Assembly (NCBI GenBank): GCA_963795435.1
Contig: CAWCHV010000006.1
Location: 73,981 to 137,980, forward strand
Reading direction: 5' to 3'
DNA from: an uncultured Alphaproteobacteria bacterium
Lineage (GTDB): Bacteria; Pseudomonadota; Alphaproteobacteria; Acetobacterales; Acetobacteraceae
Length of the DNA stretch: 64,000 bases
Shown here: piece after piece, positions 25,303-33,978 of the stretch
Position numbering within the stretch: the stretch's first letter is position 1
Layout of the letters: each line of letters begins with the position of its first letter
Notes under the pieces: generated by a model
What the model was told of the DNA's origin: nothing
Seen by the model: only the letters and a program-made list of their open reading frames with translations
Databases searched by the model: none
Position numbers and translations under genes: made by a program

Positions 25303-27135
25303 ATGGCGGAGGCGCGGGTGCTACGAGTTTGCATCGATCGTATCGAGCCATTCGCAGAGGGGACAGCGTTCGGCGCGACGGGTGCCTACGAGCGGGTGAT
25401 CGGCGTCGCCACGGGCGCGCTCGATCCGGCTGACCCCCGCAACGCCGGCATCGCCGGGCTGGACCGCGCCCCCCGCAACGCGCAAGGCCGCGTCGAGTAC
25501 GAGGCCGACGTATTCCTCCTCCGCCCCGCCGATCCGGCGCGCGGCAACCGTCACCTGCTGTTCGAGGTGCTCAACCGCGGCAACAAGCTGATGATCCACA
25601 TGCTCAATCAGCTACCCGCGCCGGAGACGGGCAGCATCAACGATCCGCTACTCCCCGAGCACGCCGGCGACGGGCTGGTGTTCCGTCTCGGCTACACGCT
25701 TGCCTGGACCGGCTGGGATCCCGACGCGCCGGCCAAGGGCGGCGGGATGACCGCGCGCATTCCGGCACTCGCCGGGTTCGAGCAGGTCATCCGCGACGAG
25801 TTTGTCTCTACGGCGCGCGGACCGGCGCTGGAAAAATTCCGTCTGAGCTACGCCGCGGCAGTCCAGGACAGCGCGCGGCTCACGATGCGCTACCGCGAAC
25901 CCGACGAGCCGCGCGAAATCCCGCGCGCGGCCTGGCGCTTCGTCGATCCGCGCAACGTGGAGCTGATTGGCGCCAAGCCCGAGCCGGGGATCATCTACGG
26001 GCTGACCTATCGCGCGAAAGACCCGTGGGTCAGCGGCATCGGCTTCGCTATCACCCGCGACGTGGCGGCGTTCCTGCGGTCGGGTGCGGCGGAGAGCCCG
26101 GCGCGCGGCATCGAGGCGGCGTTCGGCTTCGGCATCTCGCAAAGCGCGCGCTATCTGCGCGACCTCATCCGACAGGGTTTCAATCAGAGCACATCAGGAG
26201 AAAAAGTGTTCGACGGTGTGCTGACGCATACCGCTGGCGCTGGCGGGGTGTTTCTCAACGCGCTGTTCGCGCAGCCCTTTCGTACGCGAACTCAGTATCA
26301 GGACCACACGATGCCGGAAGCCGCGTTCCCATTCTCGACTGGCCGCACGCGCGATCCGGTGAGCGGCGCCGAAGGTAGCCTCTTGCGGGGCGACGGGTTC
26401 GATCCGCTGCTGATCGAGAGCAATACAAGCAGCGAATACTGGCAGAAGGGCGCCTCGCTGGTTTCGACCGACCCCGAGGGCAAGCGCGATCTCGACCTGC
26501 CTCACACCACACGGCAGTTCCTCATCGCCGGCACGCAGCACGGGGGACGCGCCGGCACCCCGTCCTCGCGCGGCAACTGCCAGAACGCCCGGAACCCGCA
26601 CAGCGCGGCACCAGCGGTGCGCGCGCTGCTGGTCGCGCTCGATCGTTGGGTGACGGAGGGCAAGAAACCGGCTGACAGCCGTATTCCGCGAATTTCCGAT
26701 GGCACGCTTGTTCTCGCCGCGCAATTGGATTTTCCTCCGTTACCCAACTTCGCCGTCGCGAAGGAGGCGAACGGCATCGGTTCACGCTACCGCACCCTGG
26801 TTCCCGCAGTGGATGCCGACGGCAACGAGCGCGCCGGGCTGCGCCTGCCCGACATCGCGGTACCGGTCGCGACCTACACCGGCTGGAACCTCTACGCGCC
26901 GCCATTCCCGCGCGATGCACTGTGCGATCGCGATGGCAGTTTCATACGCATTGCAAGGGACGATGCCGCGCGCGCGCCGGGCGATCCGCGCGAATCGCTG
27001 ATCGGGCGCTATGGCAGCCATGACCGCTACGTCGCTCTGGTTCGCGCCGCCGGTGACGCGCTGGTCGATCACGGCCTGCTGCTCGCCGAGGATGCCGACG
27101 CCTACGTGGATGTGGCGCAGGCTCTACGGTTCTGA
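25303..27135 (+). CDS. uncharacterised 610-aa protein with alpha/beta-hydrolase-domain features
   Basis: Nucleophile-elbow-like GISQSARYL. The overall pattern recalls the Abhydrolase_10-type family from memory. No signal peptide. Confidence 0.55.
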   Translation: MAEARVLRVCIDRIEPFAEGTAFGATGAYERVIGVATGALDPADPRNAGIAGLDRAPRNAQGRVEYEADVFLLRPADPARGNRHLLFEVLNRGNKLMIHMLNQLPAPETGSINDPLLPEHAGDGLVFRLGYTLAWTGWDPDAPAKGGGMTARIPALAGFEQVIRDEFVSTARGPALEKFRLSYAAAVQDSARLTMRYREPDEPREIPRAAWRFVDPRNVELIGAKPEPGIIYGLTYRAKDPWVSGIGFAITRDVAAFLRSGAAESPARGIEAAFGFGISQSARYLRDLIRQGFNQSTSGEKVFDGVLTHTAGAGGVFLNALFAQPFRTRTQYQDHTMPEAAFPFSTGRTRDPVSGAEGSLLRGDGFDPLLIESNTSSEYWQKGASLVSTDPEGKRDLDLPHTTRQFLIAGTQHGGRAGTPSSRGNCQNARNPHSAAPAVRALLVALDRWVTEGKKPADSRIPRISDGTLVLAAQLDFPPLPNFAVAKEANGIGSRYRTLVPAVDADGNERAGLRLPDIAVPVATYTGWNLYAPPFPRDALCDRDGSFIRIARDDAARAPGDPRESLIGRYGSHDRYVALVRAAGDALVDHGLLLAEDADAYVDVAQALRF

Positions 27136-27149
27136 TCGGGGGACGAACA

Positions 27150-27944
27150 ATGGGTCTCGAGGGAAAGAGTGCGTTGATCACCGGCTCACTCGGCGGCATC
27201 GGCTTCGCGACCGCAAGCGCGCTGGCGGCACAAGGCTGCAACATCATGCTGAACGGGTTCGCCGATAGTTTGGTGATCCGCCAGCGGCTTGACGAACTCG
27301 TGGGCGAACATGGCGTGCGCGCCGCCTATCACGGTGCCGACCTCGCCGATCCGCCGCAAATCGCGGAACTCGTGAACGCCACGGTGGCGACACACGGCTC
27401 GCTCGACATCCTGGTGAACAACGCCGTCGTGCGGTATTTCGCGCCGGTGGAAGAATTCGGTCCGGCGGACTGGGATCGCGCGATCGCCGTGAATCTCTCG
27501 GCGCCATTCCATCTGATCCGCCTCGGCCTGCCGCATATGCGGCGCGCGGGCTGGGGTCGCATTGTCAACATGGCGTCGGTGATGGGATTTCTCGGCACTG
27601 TGGACCGGGTCGACTACGTCACCACAAAGACCGGCATCGTCGGGCTGACGCGCGCGGTGGCGCTGGAGGTGGCGCGCAGTGCCATCACCTGCAATGCAAT
27701 CTGCCCCGGCGCGGTGCTGTCGCCGGCGACCGAAGGCCGGCTCGAAGCGGCGGCGGCGCGCGAGGGGCGCGACAAGGCGGAGCTGTTGCGCGAGTATTTC
27801 GAGACGAACACGCGCCAGCCCTCCGGGCGCTTCATCGAGGCAGACAATGTCGCCGGTCTGATCGCCTTCCTGTGTGGTCCGCATGGCGCCGACATCAACG
27901 GCGCCGCCCTGCCGATCGACGGCGCGTGGCTCGCCGGGCGTTAG
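27150..27944 (+). CDS. classical SDR, 3-hydroxybutyrate dehydrogenase-like
   Basis: TGSLGGIGFA, NNAV, catalytic S...YVTTK, ICPG, and C-terminal IDGAWLA. Resembles BdhA sequences. Confidence 0.75.
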   Translation: MGLEGKSALITGSLGGIGFATASALAAQGCNIMLNGFADSLVIRQRLDELVGEHGVRAAYHGADLADPPQIAELVNATVATHGSLDILVNNAVVRYFAPVEEFGPADWDRAIAVNLSAPFHLIRLGLPHMRRAGWGRIVNMASVMGFLGTVDRVDYVTTKTGIVGLTRAVALEVARSAITCNAICPGAVLSPATEGRLEAAAAREGRDKAELLREYFETNTRQPSGRFIEADNVAGLIAFLCGPHGADINGAALPIDGAWLAGR

Positions 27945-27950
27945 CGCGCG

Positions 27951-29135
27951 CTACTCCGGCCGGATGCCGACATACTCGGCGCGCGGCCGGATGAGTTTTT
28001 TCTCGGTGTTCTGCTCGAGCGCGTGCGCGATCCAGCCGGCCGTGCGCGCCATCGCGAACAGCACGAAGCCGCTGCCCGGCGGCAGGTCGAGCGCGCGGCG
28101 CAACGAGGCCAGCGCGAAATCGACGTTTGGACATTGACCGACGGTTTCGTCTACCGTCGCGATCAGCGCCGAGCGTGCCGCGTCGTCGGGCAGGTGACGC
28201 AACACGAAATCGGCGCGCGGGTCGCGGTCGGGATAGAGCGGATGACCGAAGGCCGGAATTGGCTCGCCGCGTCGCAGTCGTGCCTCGACCGTTCCGCGCG
28301 CATCGCCGGTCCGTCCGGCTTCGTCGAGCAGCAACTCCGCCAGCGCCGTCGCGCCGCCATGCAGCGGGCCGGACAACGCGGCCAGCCCGGCGGAGACGCA
28401 GGCGGTCAGGGAGGCGCCGGTGGACGCCACCACGCGGGCTGCGAATGTCGATGCATTGAGTTCGTGGTCGGCCAACAGCACGAGCGCGGCGCGGACGAGA
28501 TCGGCGCCGGTGCCATCGAGCCGCCAGGCGCGCGCCATCTGCTCGTGGATCGGGGCGGCGTCGGGCTTCGCCCCGAGCAGGCAGGCCGCGACAACCCGCA
28601 GCAGGGCGGCGGCGTCCGACGCGAGTCGCGCCGGCTCGCGGTTCCACATGGCGCGCGCCGCGGTATCGACCAGCGGCAACAACGCCCGGCATCGCTCAGT
28701 CGGCGCCGCGTCGTTCAGTGACCTCGGCAAGTTCCGCCAAACCACGTCCGGCGCGGGATGATCGTGGAAAGGATCATGGTCCCGGCAATCCCACAGGAGC
28801 CTTGCGACATCCTCCAGGCTCGCGTGCCGGGCGAGAGCGGCGGCGTCCTGGCCGCGATAGAACAGCCGCCCATCCTCCACCAGCGTGATGCGCGAGGTCA
28901 GCGCGCCGACGCCCCAGTCGAGCGCACCGGCGGCAATCGCCTTGGGCTTGCGGCCGCGCTCCTTGGCTTTCAGCAGGCGCGCCACGTCGATCGCGCGATA
29001 TAGCCGCCGGCGTGGGTCGGCCGGGTCGGGCTCGGTCGCGATCATGCCGCGGCTGGCATAGGCGTAGAGCGTCGCCCGCGTGACACGGAGCGAGCGAGCG
29101 GCGGCGGCGGCGTCGAGCGCTGAGGGAGCAGGCAT
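27951..29135 (-). CDS. citrate-synthase-family protein with N-terminal excisionase/MerR-type HTH
   Basis: N-terminal LRVTRATLYAYASRGMI. CS motifs GPLHGGA, LLADHELNASTFAARVVASTGAS, FGHPLYPDRDPRA and NVDFALA are all present. Confidence 0.8.
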   Translation of the reverse strand: MPAPSALDAAAAARSLRVTRATLYAYASRGMIATEPDPADPRRRLYRAIDVARLLKAKERGRKPKAIAAGALDWGVGALTSRITLVEDGRLFYRGQDAAALARHASLEDVARLLWDCRDHDPFHDHPAPDVVWRNLPRSLNDAAPTERCRALLPLVDTAARAMWNREPARLASDAAALLRVVAACLLGAKPDAAPIHEQMARAWRLDGTGADLVRAALVLLADHELNASTFAARVVASTGASLTACVSAGLAALSGPLHGGATALAELLLDEAGRTGDARGTVEARLRRGEPIPAFGHPLYPDRDPRADFVLRHLPDDAARSALIATVDETVGQCPNVDFALASLRRALDLPPGSGFVLFAMARTAGWIAHALEQNTEKKLIRPRAEYVGIRPE

Positions 29136-29150
29136 CTCACGTATTTTGTA

Positions 29151-29174
29151 TTGACTGGATCAATCAATGTTGAC
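29151..29174. promoter_or_regulatory. direct TTGAC repeats in the divergent HTH-citrate-synthase/dinB intergenic region
   Basis: TTGACtggatcaatcaatgTTGAC lies in the lowest-GC part of the 90-bp gap and contains TTGA-N5-TCAA. Confidence 0.3.
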
Positions 29175-29225
29175 GGCTTGTGTGCCGGGCGCAAGCCTCA
29201 CTCCAGTCGCTTGGAGGAGCCCGCG

Positions 29226-29735
29226 ATGAAAGCGCATTTCGACAGCCTCGCCCGCTACAATGCCTGGGCCAACCGGCGGCTCTACGAAGCCGCCGCCGAT
29301 CTCGATGACGCGCAGTATCGTGCCGATCGCGGCGCCTTCTTCAAATCCATGCACGGCACGCTCAATCACCTGCTCGTCACTGACCGCATCTGGATGCGGC
29401 GCATCACCGGCGAAGGCGACGCGCCCGACCGGCTCGATGCCATCCTGTTCGAGGATTTTTCCCAGCTGCGTGCGGCGCGCGAAGTGGAGGACGCGCGGAT
29501 CATCGACCACGTCGCGGGCCTCACCGAGACGCAGCTCGCCGGCGTGATCCGCTACCACCGCGTCTCGACGCCCGATTTCGTCGAGCAGGAGCTGGCGCCG
29601 GCGCTGGCGCATCTGTTCAATCACCAGACGCATCATCGCGGCCAGGCGCACGCCATCCTGACCGGGCTCGTCGGCCGCGCACCGGAACTCGACCTGCTGG
29701 CCTTTCAGCGCCTCGTCGCCGCCGGAAACGCATGA
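29226..29735 (+). CDS. DinB-family protein
   Basis: ATG 29226 follows GGAGGA. DinB-like YNAWANRRL...HGTLNHLL...HLFNHQTHHRGQ. Confidence 0.85.
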   Translation: MKAHFDSLARYNAWANRRLYEAAADLDDAQYRADRGAFFKSMHGTLNHLLVTDRIWMRRITGEGDAPDRLDAILFEDFSQLRAAREVEDARIIDHVAGLTETQLAGVIRYHRVSTPDFVEQELAPALAHLFNHQTHHRGQAHAILTGLVGRAPELDLLAFQRLVAAGNA

Positions 29736-29758
29736 CGCGGCGACGGGGCACTCGAGGC

Positions 29759-30001
29759 CTAGAGAACCGACTTCGCCTCGCCCTGCGCGACGCGATGGCT
29801 GTTGTCGATCGTCTGGACCATGCGGTTGAAGCACTCATCCTCGGGGCGCTGCTGGTGCCGGCAGCGTAGCAATTCCTGCATGGCGGCGGGCGGGATGATG
29901 ATGGCCCGGTCCTGATTTCGCCAGGGCGGCGGCTCGGCACGCGCGCTCGTGGCCGAGGCCAGCGCGGCCAGGGCCAGTCCGACCGTCAGGGGATACTTCA
30001 T
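29759..30001 (-). CDS. small secreted hypothetical protein
   Basis: GAGGAG Shine-Dalgarno sequence. Signal peptide ends SARA-EP. 80 aa with 2 Cys. Good GC3. Confidence 0.55.
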   Translation of the reverse strand: MKYPLTVGLALAALASATSARAEPPPWRNQDRAIIIPPAAMQELLRCRHQQRPEDECFNRMVQTIDNSHRVAQGEAKSVL

Positions 30002-30097
30002 CGGGATGCTCCTCGGACAATGGGCCTTCTCGATGCCCGATTCCGAGAGAGTCCGGCTGTTAACTGGTTCACACCCAGTATGATTTTCCGGCCAGGC

Positions 30098-31381
30098 TCA
30101 ACGGATGAACCCGGCGCTGCGCGGGATGAACAACGACAATTCGGGAATGCAGATGATCAGCATGAGACCGGCGAGCAGCGCCAGCAGGTAGGGCCAGTAG
30201 CCGCGGGCGTGCTGGAACACCCCGATATCGGCGAAGCGCAGCGCCATCAGCAGGCCGACCCCCATCGGCGGCAGAAACAGGCCGATGCCGACGGCGGCGG
30301 TTTGCACGATGTCGAAATGGATCGGGTTGATGCCCATGCGCGTCGCGATCGGGAACACCACCGGGATCAGCACCACGGCGGCCGGCAGGCCCTCCAGCAC
30401 CATGCCGAACAGCATGGTCATCGCGGCGACCCCGGACAGGAACAGCCAGTGCGACGATTCCAGCGGCGCCAGCAGCTCGCCCAGCAGGCGCGGCACCTCC
30501 ATGACCCCCATGAGGTACTGGAAGATCGATGCGACCGCGAGCAGAAACACGACGGCCGCCGTCATGATCCCGCTCTCGTAGGCGATCTCGGCGATCTGCC
30601 GCCCGCTCACGTTGCGATAGTAGAACAGCGCCGCGAGCAATGCGTACAGCGCAACGACGGCGCCGGCCTCGGTCGCGGTGAAGGCGCCAAGATAGAACCC
30701 GCCCAGGATCACCACCGGCACGACCAGCGGAACCGCCGCTTCTCGCAAGGCCCGCAGCAGGTTGCGCCAGCTCGGCCGCGTGTCGCGCGGCCAGCCCAGG
30801 ATGTGCGCCTGCAGCAGCACCAGCAGGCAGAGGCACAGCGCCATCGTCGCGGCCGGAATGAAGCCGGCTAGGAACAGTGCGACGGCCGACTGATTGGTCA
30901 CGGCGCTGATGACGATCATGAAGATCGCCGGCGGCACCAGCATCCCCATCGCGGTGCCGGCCGAGATGAGCGAGGCCGCGTCCTCCGCGCGGTAGCCGGC
31001 GCGGCGCAGCGGCGGCATCAGCGCCGAGCCAAGGGCGGAAACCTCGGCCATCTTCGAGCCGCAGATGTCGGAGAAGAAATACGACACCACGATCACCGAC
31101 ATGCCGAGACCGCCGCGCAACCAGCCGACCATCGCGCGCGCCAGCTCCACGAGCGCGGTCGACATGCCGCACCGCTCCATCAGGCTGCCGGCGAACACGA
31201 AGGAGGGAATGGCGAGCAACACCCAGTTCTGCGAGCCGCCGACCAGGCTGGAGGCGACCATCTGCAGCGGGAAATGCCCGAGCAGCAGCCCGGCCACGCC
31301 GGCGACGCCGAGCGCGAACACGATCGGCAGGGAGAGGGCGAGCAGCCCGACGAAGACGAGCGCGGTCGCGGCGAGGATCAC
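30098..31381 (-). CDS. dctM: TRAP transporter large permease
   Basis: 427-aa polytopic DctM-type protein, 3 nt downstream of dctQ. Confidence 0.9.
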   Translation of the reverse strand: MILAATALVFVGLLALSLPIVFALGVAGVAGLLLGHFPLQMVASSLVGGSQNWVLLAIPSFVFAGSLMERCGMSTALVELARAMVGWLRGGLGMSVIVVSYFFSDICGSKMAEVSALGSALMPPLRRAGYRAEDAASLISAGTAMGMLVPPAIFMIVISAVTNQSAVALFLAGFIPAATMALCLCLLVLLQAHILGWPRDTRPSWRNLLRALREAAVPLVVPVVILGGFYLGAFTATEAGAVVALYALLAALFYYRNVSGRQIAEIAYESGIMTAAVVFLLAVASIFQYLMGVMEVPRLLGELLAPLESSHWLFLSGVAAMTMLFGMVLEGLPAAVVLIPVVFPIATRMGINPIHFDIVQTAAVGIGLFLPPMGVGLLMALRFADIGVFQHARGYWPYLLALLAGLMLIICIPELSLFIPRSAGFIR

Positions 31382-31384
31382 GCG

Positions 31385-31888
31385 CTATTCCCTCACATCG
31401 GCGAGCGTGTGCTCGACGGGGTGCGTCGCCATCCCGAGCGCGTAGACCGCGATCAGGATGCCGCCCACCACGGCGGAGGCGTAGAGCCAACCGAGGCTGA
31501 TCTCCAGCGCCGGCGAGGCAAGCCCGGCATTCAGCACGACGAGTTGCCAGCCGAGCCAGGCGAGCAACCCGCCGAAGGCCGCGATCAGCAGATGATTGAA
31601 CACGTTGATCCGGCGTTGCACGCCGAATGGGAGGCGATGCGTGAGCAGGGTCAGCGTGAAATGGCTGCGCTCGGCGATGCCGACGCCCGCGCCGACCAGC
31701 GTGAGCCACGCAAGCGTCAGCTCGCCGACTTCCTCGACCCAGAAGAAATTCACCGGGTCCATGTCGAGATAGTCGGTGATCTCGACCATCACGTAGCGCA
31801 GGAACACGCCGGCCAGCATCACGCCGATGGCGAAGAGCACCAGGCCACCGAGAACGATTTTCGGGATGGCGGCGGCACCCTCGCCCAA
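31385..31888 (-). CDS. dctQ: TRAP transporter small permease
   Basis: DctQ-like 4-TM protein (..VFLRYVM..). The start is uncertain. The first TM helix requires a start at or upstream of TTG 31888, which lies inside the REP element. The track ORF extends to ATG 32002. Confidence 0.75.
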   Translation of the reverse strand: MGEGAAAIPKIVLGGLVLFAIGVMLAGVFLRYVMVEITDYLDMDPVNFFWVEEVGELTLAWLTLVGAGVGIAERSHFTLTLLTHRLPFGVQRRINVFNHLLIAAFGGLLAWLGWQLVVLNAGLASPALEISLGWLYASAVVGGILIAVYALGMATHPVEHTLADVRE

Positions 31889-31964
31889 CCCTCTCCCCCA
31901 AGCGGGGGAGAGGGCTTTGTCTTCTCCCTCTCCCGTGCTTACGGGAGAGGGCCGGGGTGAGGGG
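31878..31964. repeat. REP-like palindromic element, inverted copy of 22425-22528
   Basis: CCCTCGCCCAACCCTCTCCCCCaagcGGGGGAGAGGG...CCCTCTCCCgtgcttacGGGAGAGGGCCGGGGTGAGGGG. About 90 percent identical by eye to the reverse complement of the first copy. Confidence 0.9.
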
Positions 31965-31971
31965 TCTTGCC

Positions 31972-33018
31972 TCACGCCGGCGTCGCGACGATGAGGTCCC
32001 ACAGCTCGGGGTTGACCTTCTGGTAGTTGGGCCAGATCTTCGCCTGCGCGGCCTTCTTGAACGCCGCCCGGTCGGCCTCGTTGACCACCATGCCATGAGG
32101 CTCGAGCTGCGCCTTCGCGGCCGCCAGCGTGTCGACGCTCTCGGTCGCCTCGCGGATCATCGCCTGCGCCTGCATCGACAGATCCATTACCAGCTTCTGC
32201 TGCTCCGGCGTCAGGCCGTTCCAGACCCCCAGATTCATGACGTTCACCGTCGGGCCGTAGTTGTGATACGTCAACGAAAAATATTTCGACACCTCATAGG
32301 TCTTGAGCGGAACCATGTTCACCACCGGCAAATCGGCGCCGTCGATCACGCCCTGCTGAGCGGCGGTGATCACCTCCGACCAGGCCATCGGCACCGCGAC
32401 GCCGCCGAGGCCATTCACCGTGTCGGCGTAGACTTTTGCCAGTTGCACCCGCAGCTTCATCCCGCGCAGGTCGCGCGGCTCGTTGATCGCGTGGCGCGTG
32501 TTCCAGAAATGGCGGAAGCCGTAATCGAAGAAGCACAGCACCTTGACGCCATATTTCTCCTGGAAGGTCTTGTCCATCTTCGCCCCGACGTCGCCATTCA
32601 GCAGCCGATAGGCCTGGTCGTAGCTGCTGACGAGATAGGGGACGAGAAACACCGCCATCTCCGGGAACACCGTGCCTGCCGCTCCGGCGGGGTTGCCGAT
32701 CGCGATGTTGCCGGCCTTCACCGCGTTCATGATCTCGAGCTCCTTGGTCAGGAGCGTGGCGCCCTGGAAGTCCACGACCAGTTCGCCCTTGGAGCGGTCC
32801 GTCACCTCCTTGGCGAACCACGCGAAGGCGACGGCGGCACTTTCCGGCGGCGCGTTGACGTGCGCGAAGACGAGTTTCTTCGGCGTGGTCTGCGCGAAAG
32901 CGGGGGCTTGTCCGAGGGCGAGGATGCCCGCGAGGCCTCCGGCTGCCCTGAGGAAGCCGCGACGCGGGGGAGCGGATGTAAGATGGCGTGCGCTCACGGA
33001 CGAATTCCCCCCGTTCAT
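31972..33018 (-). CDS. dctP: TRAP transporter substrate-binding protein (Tat signal)
   Basis: PRRGFLRAAGGLAGILALGQAPAFAQ signal peptide and a DctP-family body. Confidence 0.9.
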   Translation of the reverse strand: MNGGNSSVSARHLTSAPPRRGFLRAAGGLAGILALGQAPAFAQTTPKKLVFAHVNAPPESAAVAFAWFAKEVTDRSKGELVVDFQGATLLTKELEIMNAVKAGNIAIGNPAGAAGTVFPEMAVFLVPYLVSSYDQAYRLLNGDVGAKMDKTFQEKYGVKVLCFFDYGFRHFWNTRHAINEPRDLRGMKLRVQLAKVYADTVNGLGGVAVPMAWSEVITAAQQGVIDGADLPVVNMVPLKTYEVSKYFSLTYHNYGPTVNVMNLGVWNGLTPEQQKLVMDLSMQAQAMIREATESVDTLAAAKAQLEPHGMVVNEADRAAFKKAAQAKIWPNYQKVNPELWDLIVATPA

Positions 33019-33121
33019 TCCAGTGTTGACACCGATCTACGACGGCGCGCGAGGCGTGGCAACTTGCGCGACGGGCGGGAATCCGGAACGCTGCGAGGCA
33101 AGGACATCTGGGAGACAAGCG

Positions 33122-33934
33122 ATGCCGACGCTCTCCGCGCAAGGCTGCATAATTGAATACGAGCTGATCGACATCGCCGCGCCCTGGCTCCCGGCGCGCG
33201 AGACGGTCGTGTTCAATCACGGTGTCGGCGCGAGCCTCGGCATCTGGGCGGAGTGGCTGCCCGCCTTGGTGGACCGCTACCGCGTGCTGCGCTTCGACAT
33301 GCGGGGCCACGGCCACTCGACCTGGCGAGAGGGTGCGGCGAAGCTGACGATGGATGCGCTGACCGACGATCTGTTCGCGGTCATGGACGCGGCCGGCGTA
33401 TCGCGCGCGCATCTCGTGGGAGAGTCGATCGGCGGCACCATCGCGCTGAACGCGGCCTTGCGCGGCCCCGACCGGGTGGCGACGCTGACGGTCAGCAACG
33501 GCGCTCATGTCGGCGCCACGATCCAGTCGGTGCAGGACTGGCACGACATAATCGCCGCGCGCGGCATGGTTGGCTGGTCGGCCCACATGATGCCGCTGCG
33601 CTTCTTCGGCGGCGCAATCCCCGGCGAGGTGCGCCGCTGGTTCGAGGCGAACCAGGCTCTCGCCCATCCCCAGGCCGTGTTGGAGATGCTGGAGGCGCTG
33701 GTCGGCGCGGATACCACGGACCGGTTGGCGGGGCTCAAGCCGCCAGTTCTGCTGCTGCACCCCGACAGCTCGCCCTTTGTCCCGGTTCCGCTGATAGCCG
33801 ACTTCAAGGCCCGCGTTCCCGACAGTACGCTGCACGTCATCGGTCGGGCGCGGCACGGGATGCCGGTCTCCCACGCCCGCGTCTGCGCTGACCTGCTGCG
33901 TGGCTTCCTGGTGGAGCATCCGGTGGTCGAATAG
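33122..33934 (+). CDS. alpha/beta hydrolase
   Basis: ATG 33122. HGVGAS oxyanion region, nucleophile elbow GESIGG, and C-terminal His (ARHGMP). Confidence 0.85.
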   Translation: MPTLSAQGCIIEYELIDIAAPWLPARETVVFNHGVGASLGIWAEWLPALVDRYRVLRFDMRGHGHSTWREGAAKLTMDALTDDLFAVMDAAGVSRAHLVGESIGGTIALNAALRGPDRVATLTVSNGAHVGATIQSVQDWHDIIAARGMVGWSAHMMPLRFFGGAIPGEVRRWFEANQALAHPQAVLEMLEALVGADTTDRLAGLKPPVLLLHPDSSPFVPVPLIADFKARVPDSTLHVIGRARHGMPVSHARVCADLLRGFLVEHPVVE

Positions 33935-33978
33935 AGGGGCGCGGCGTTAGCTGTCTGGACGTTAGCTGGACTGGGAGG

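Noticed and set aside
29151-29174. FNR/FixK box (TTGAT-N4-ATCAA) in the HTH-citrate-synthase/dinB intergenic region
   Set aside because: The palindrome is TTGA-N5-TCAA, which is 13 bp rather than 14 bp. The spacing does not fit the Crp/Fnr consensus, so it is kept only as a generic direct-repeat operator candidate.
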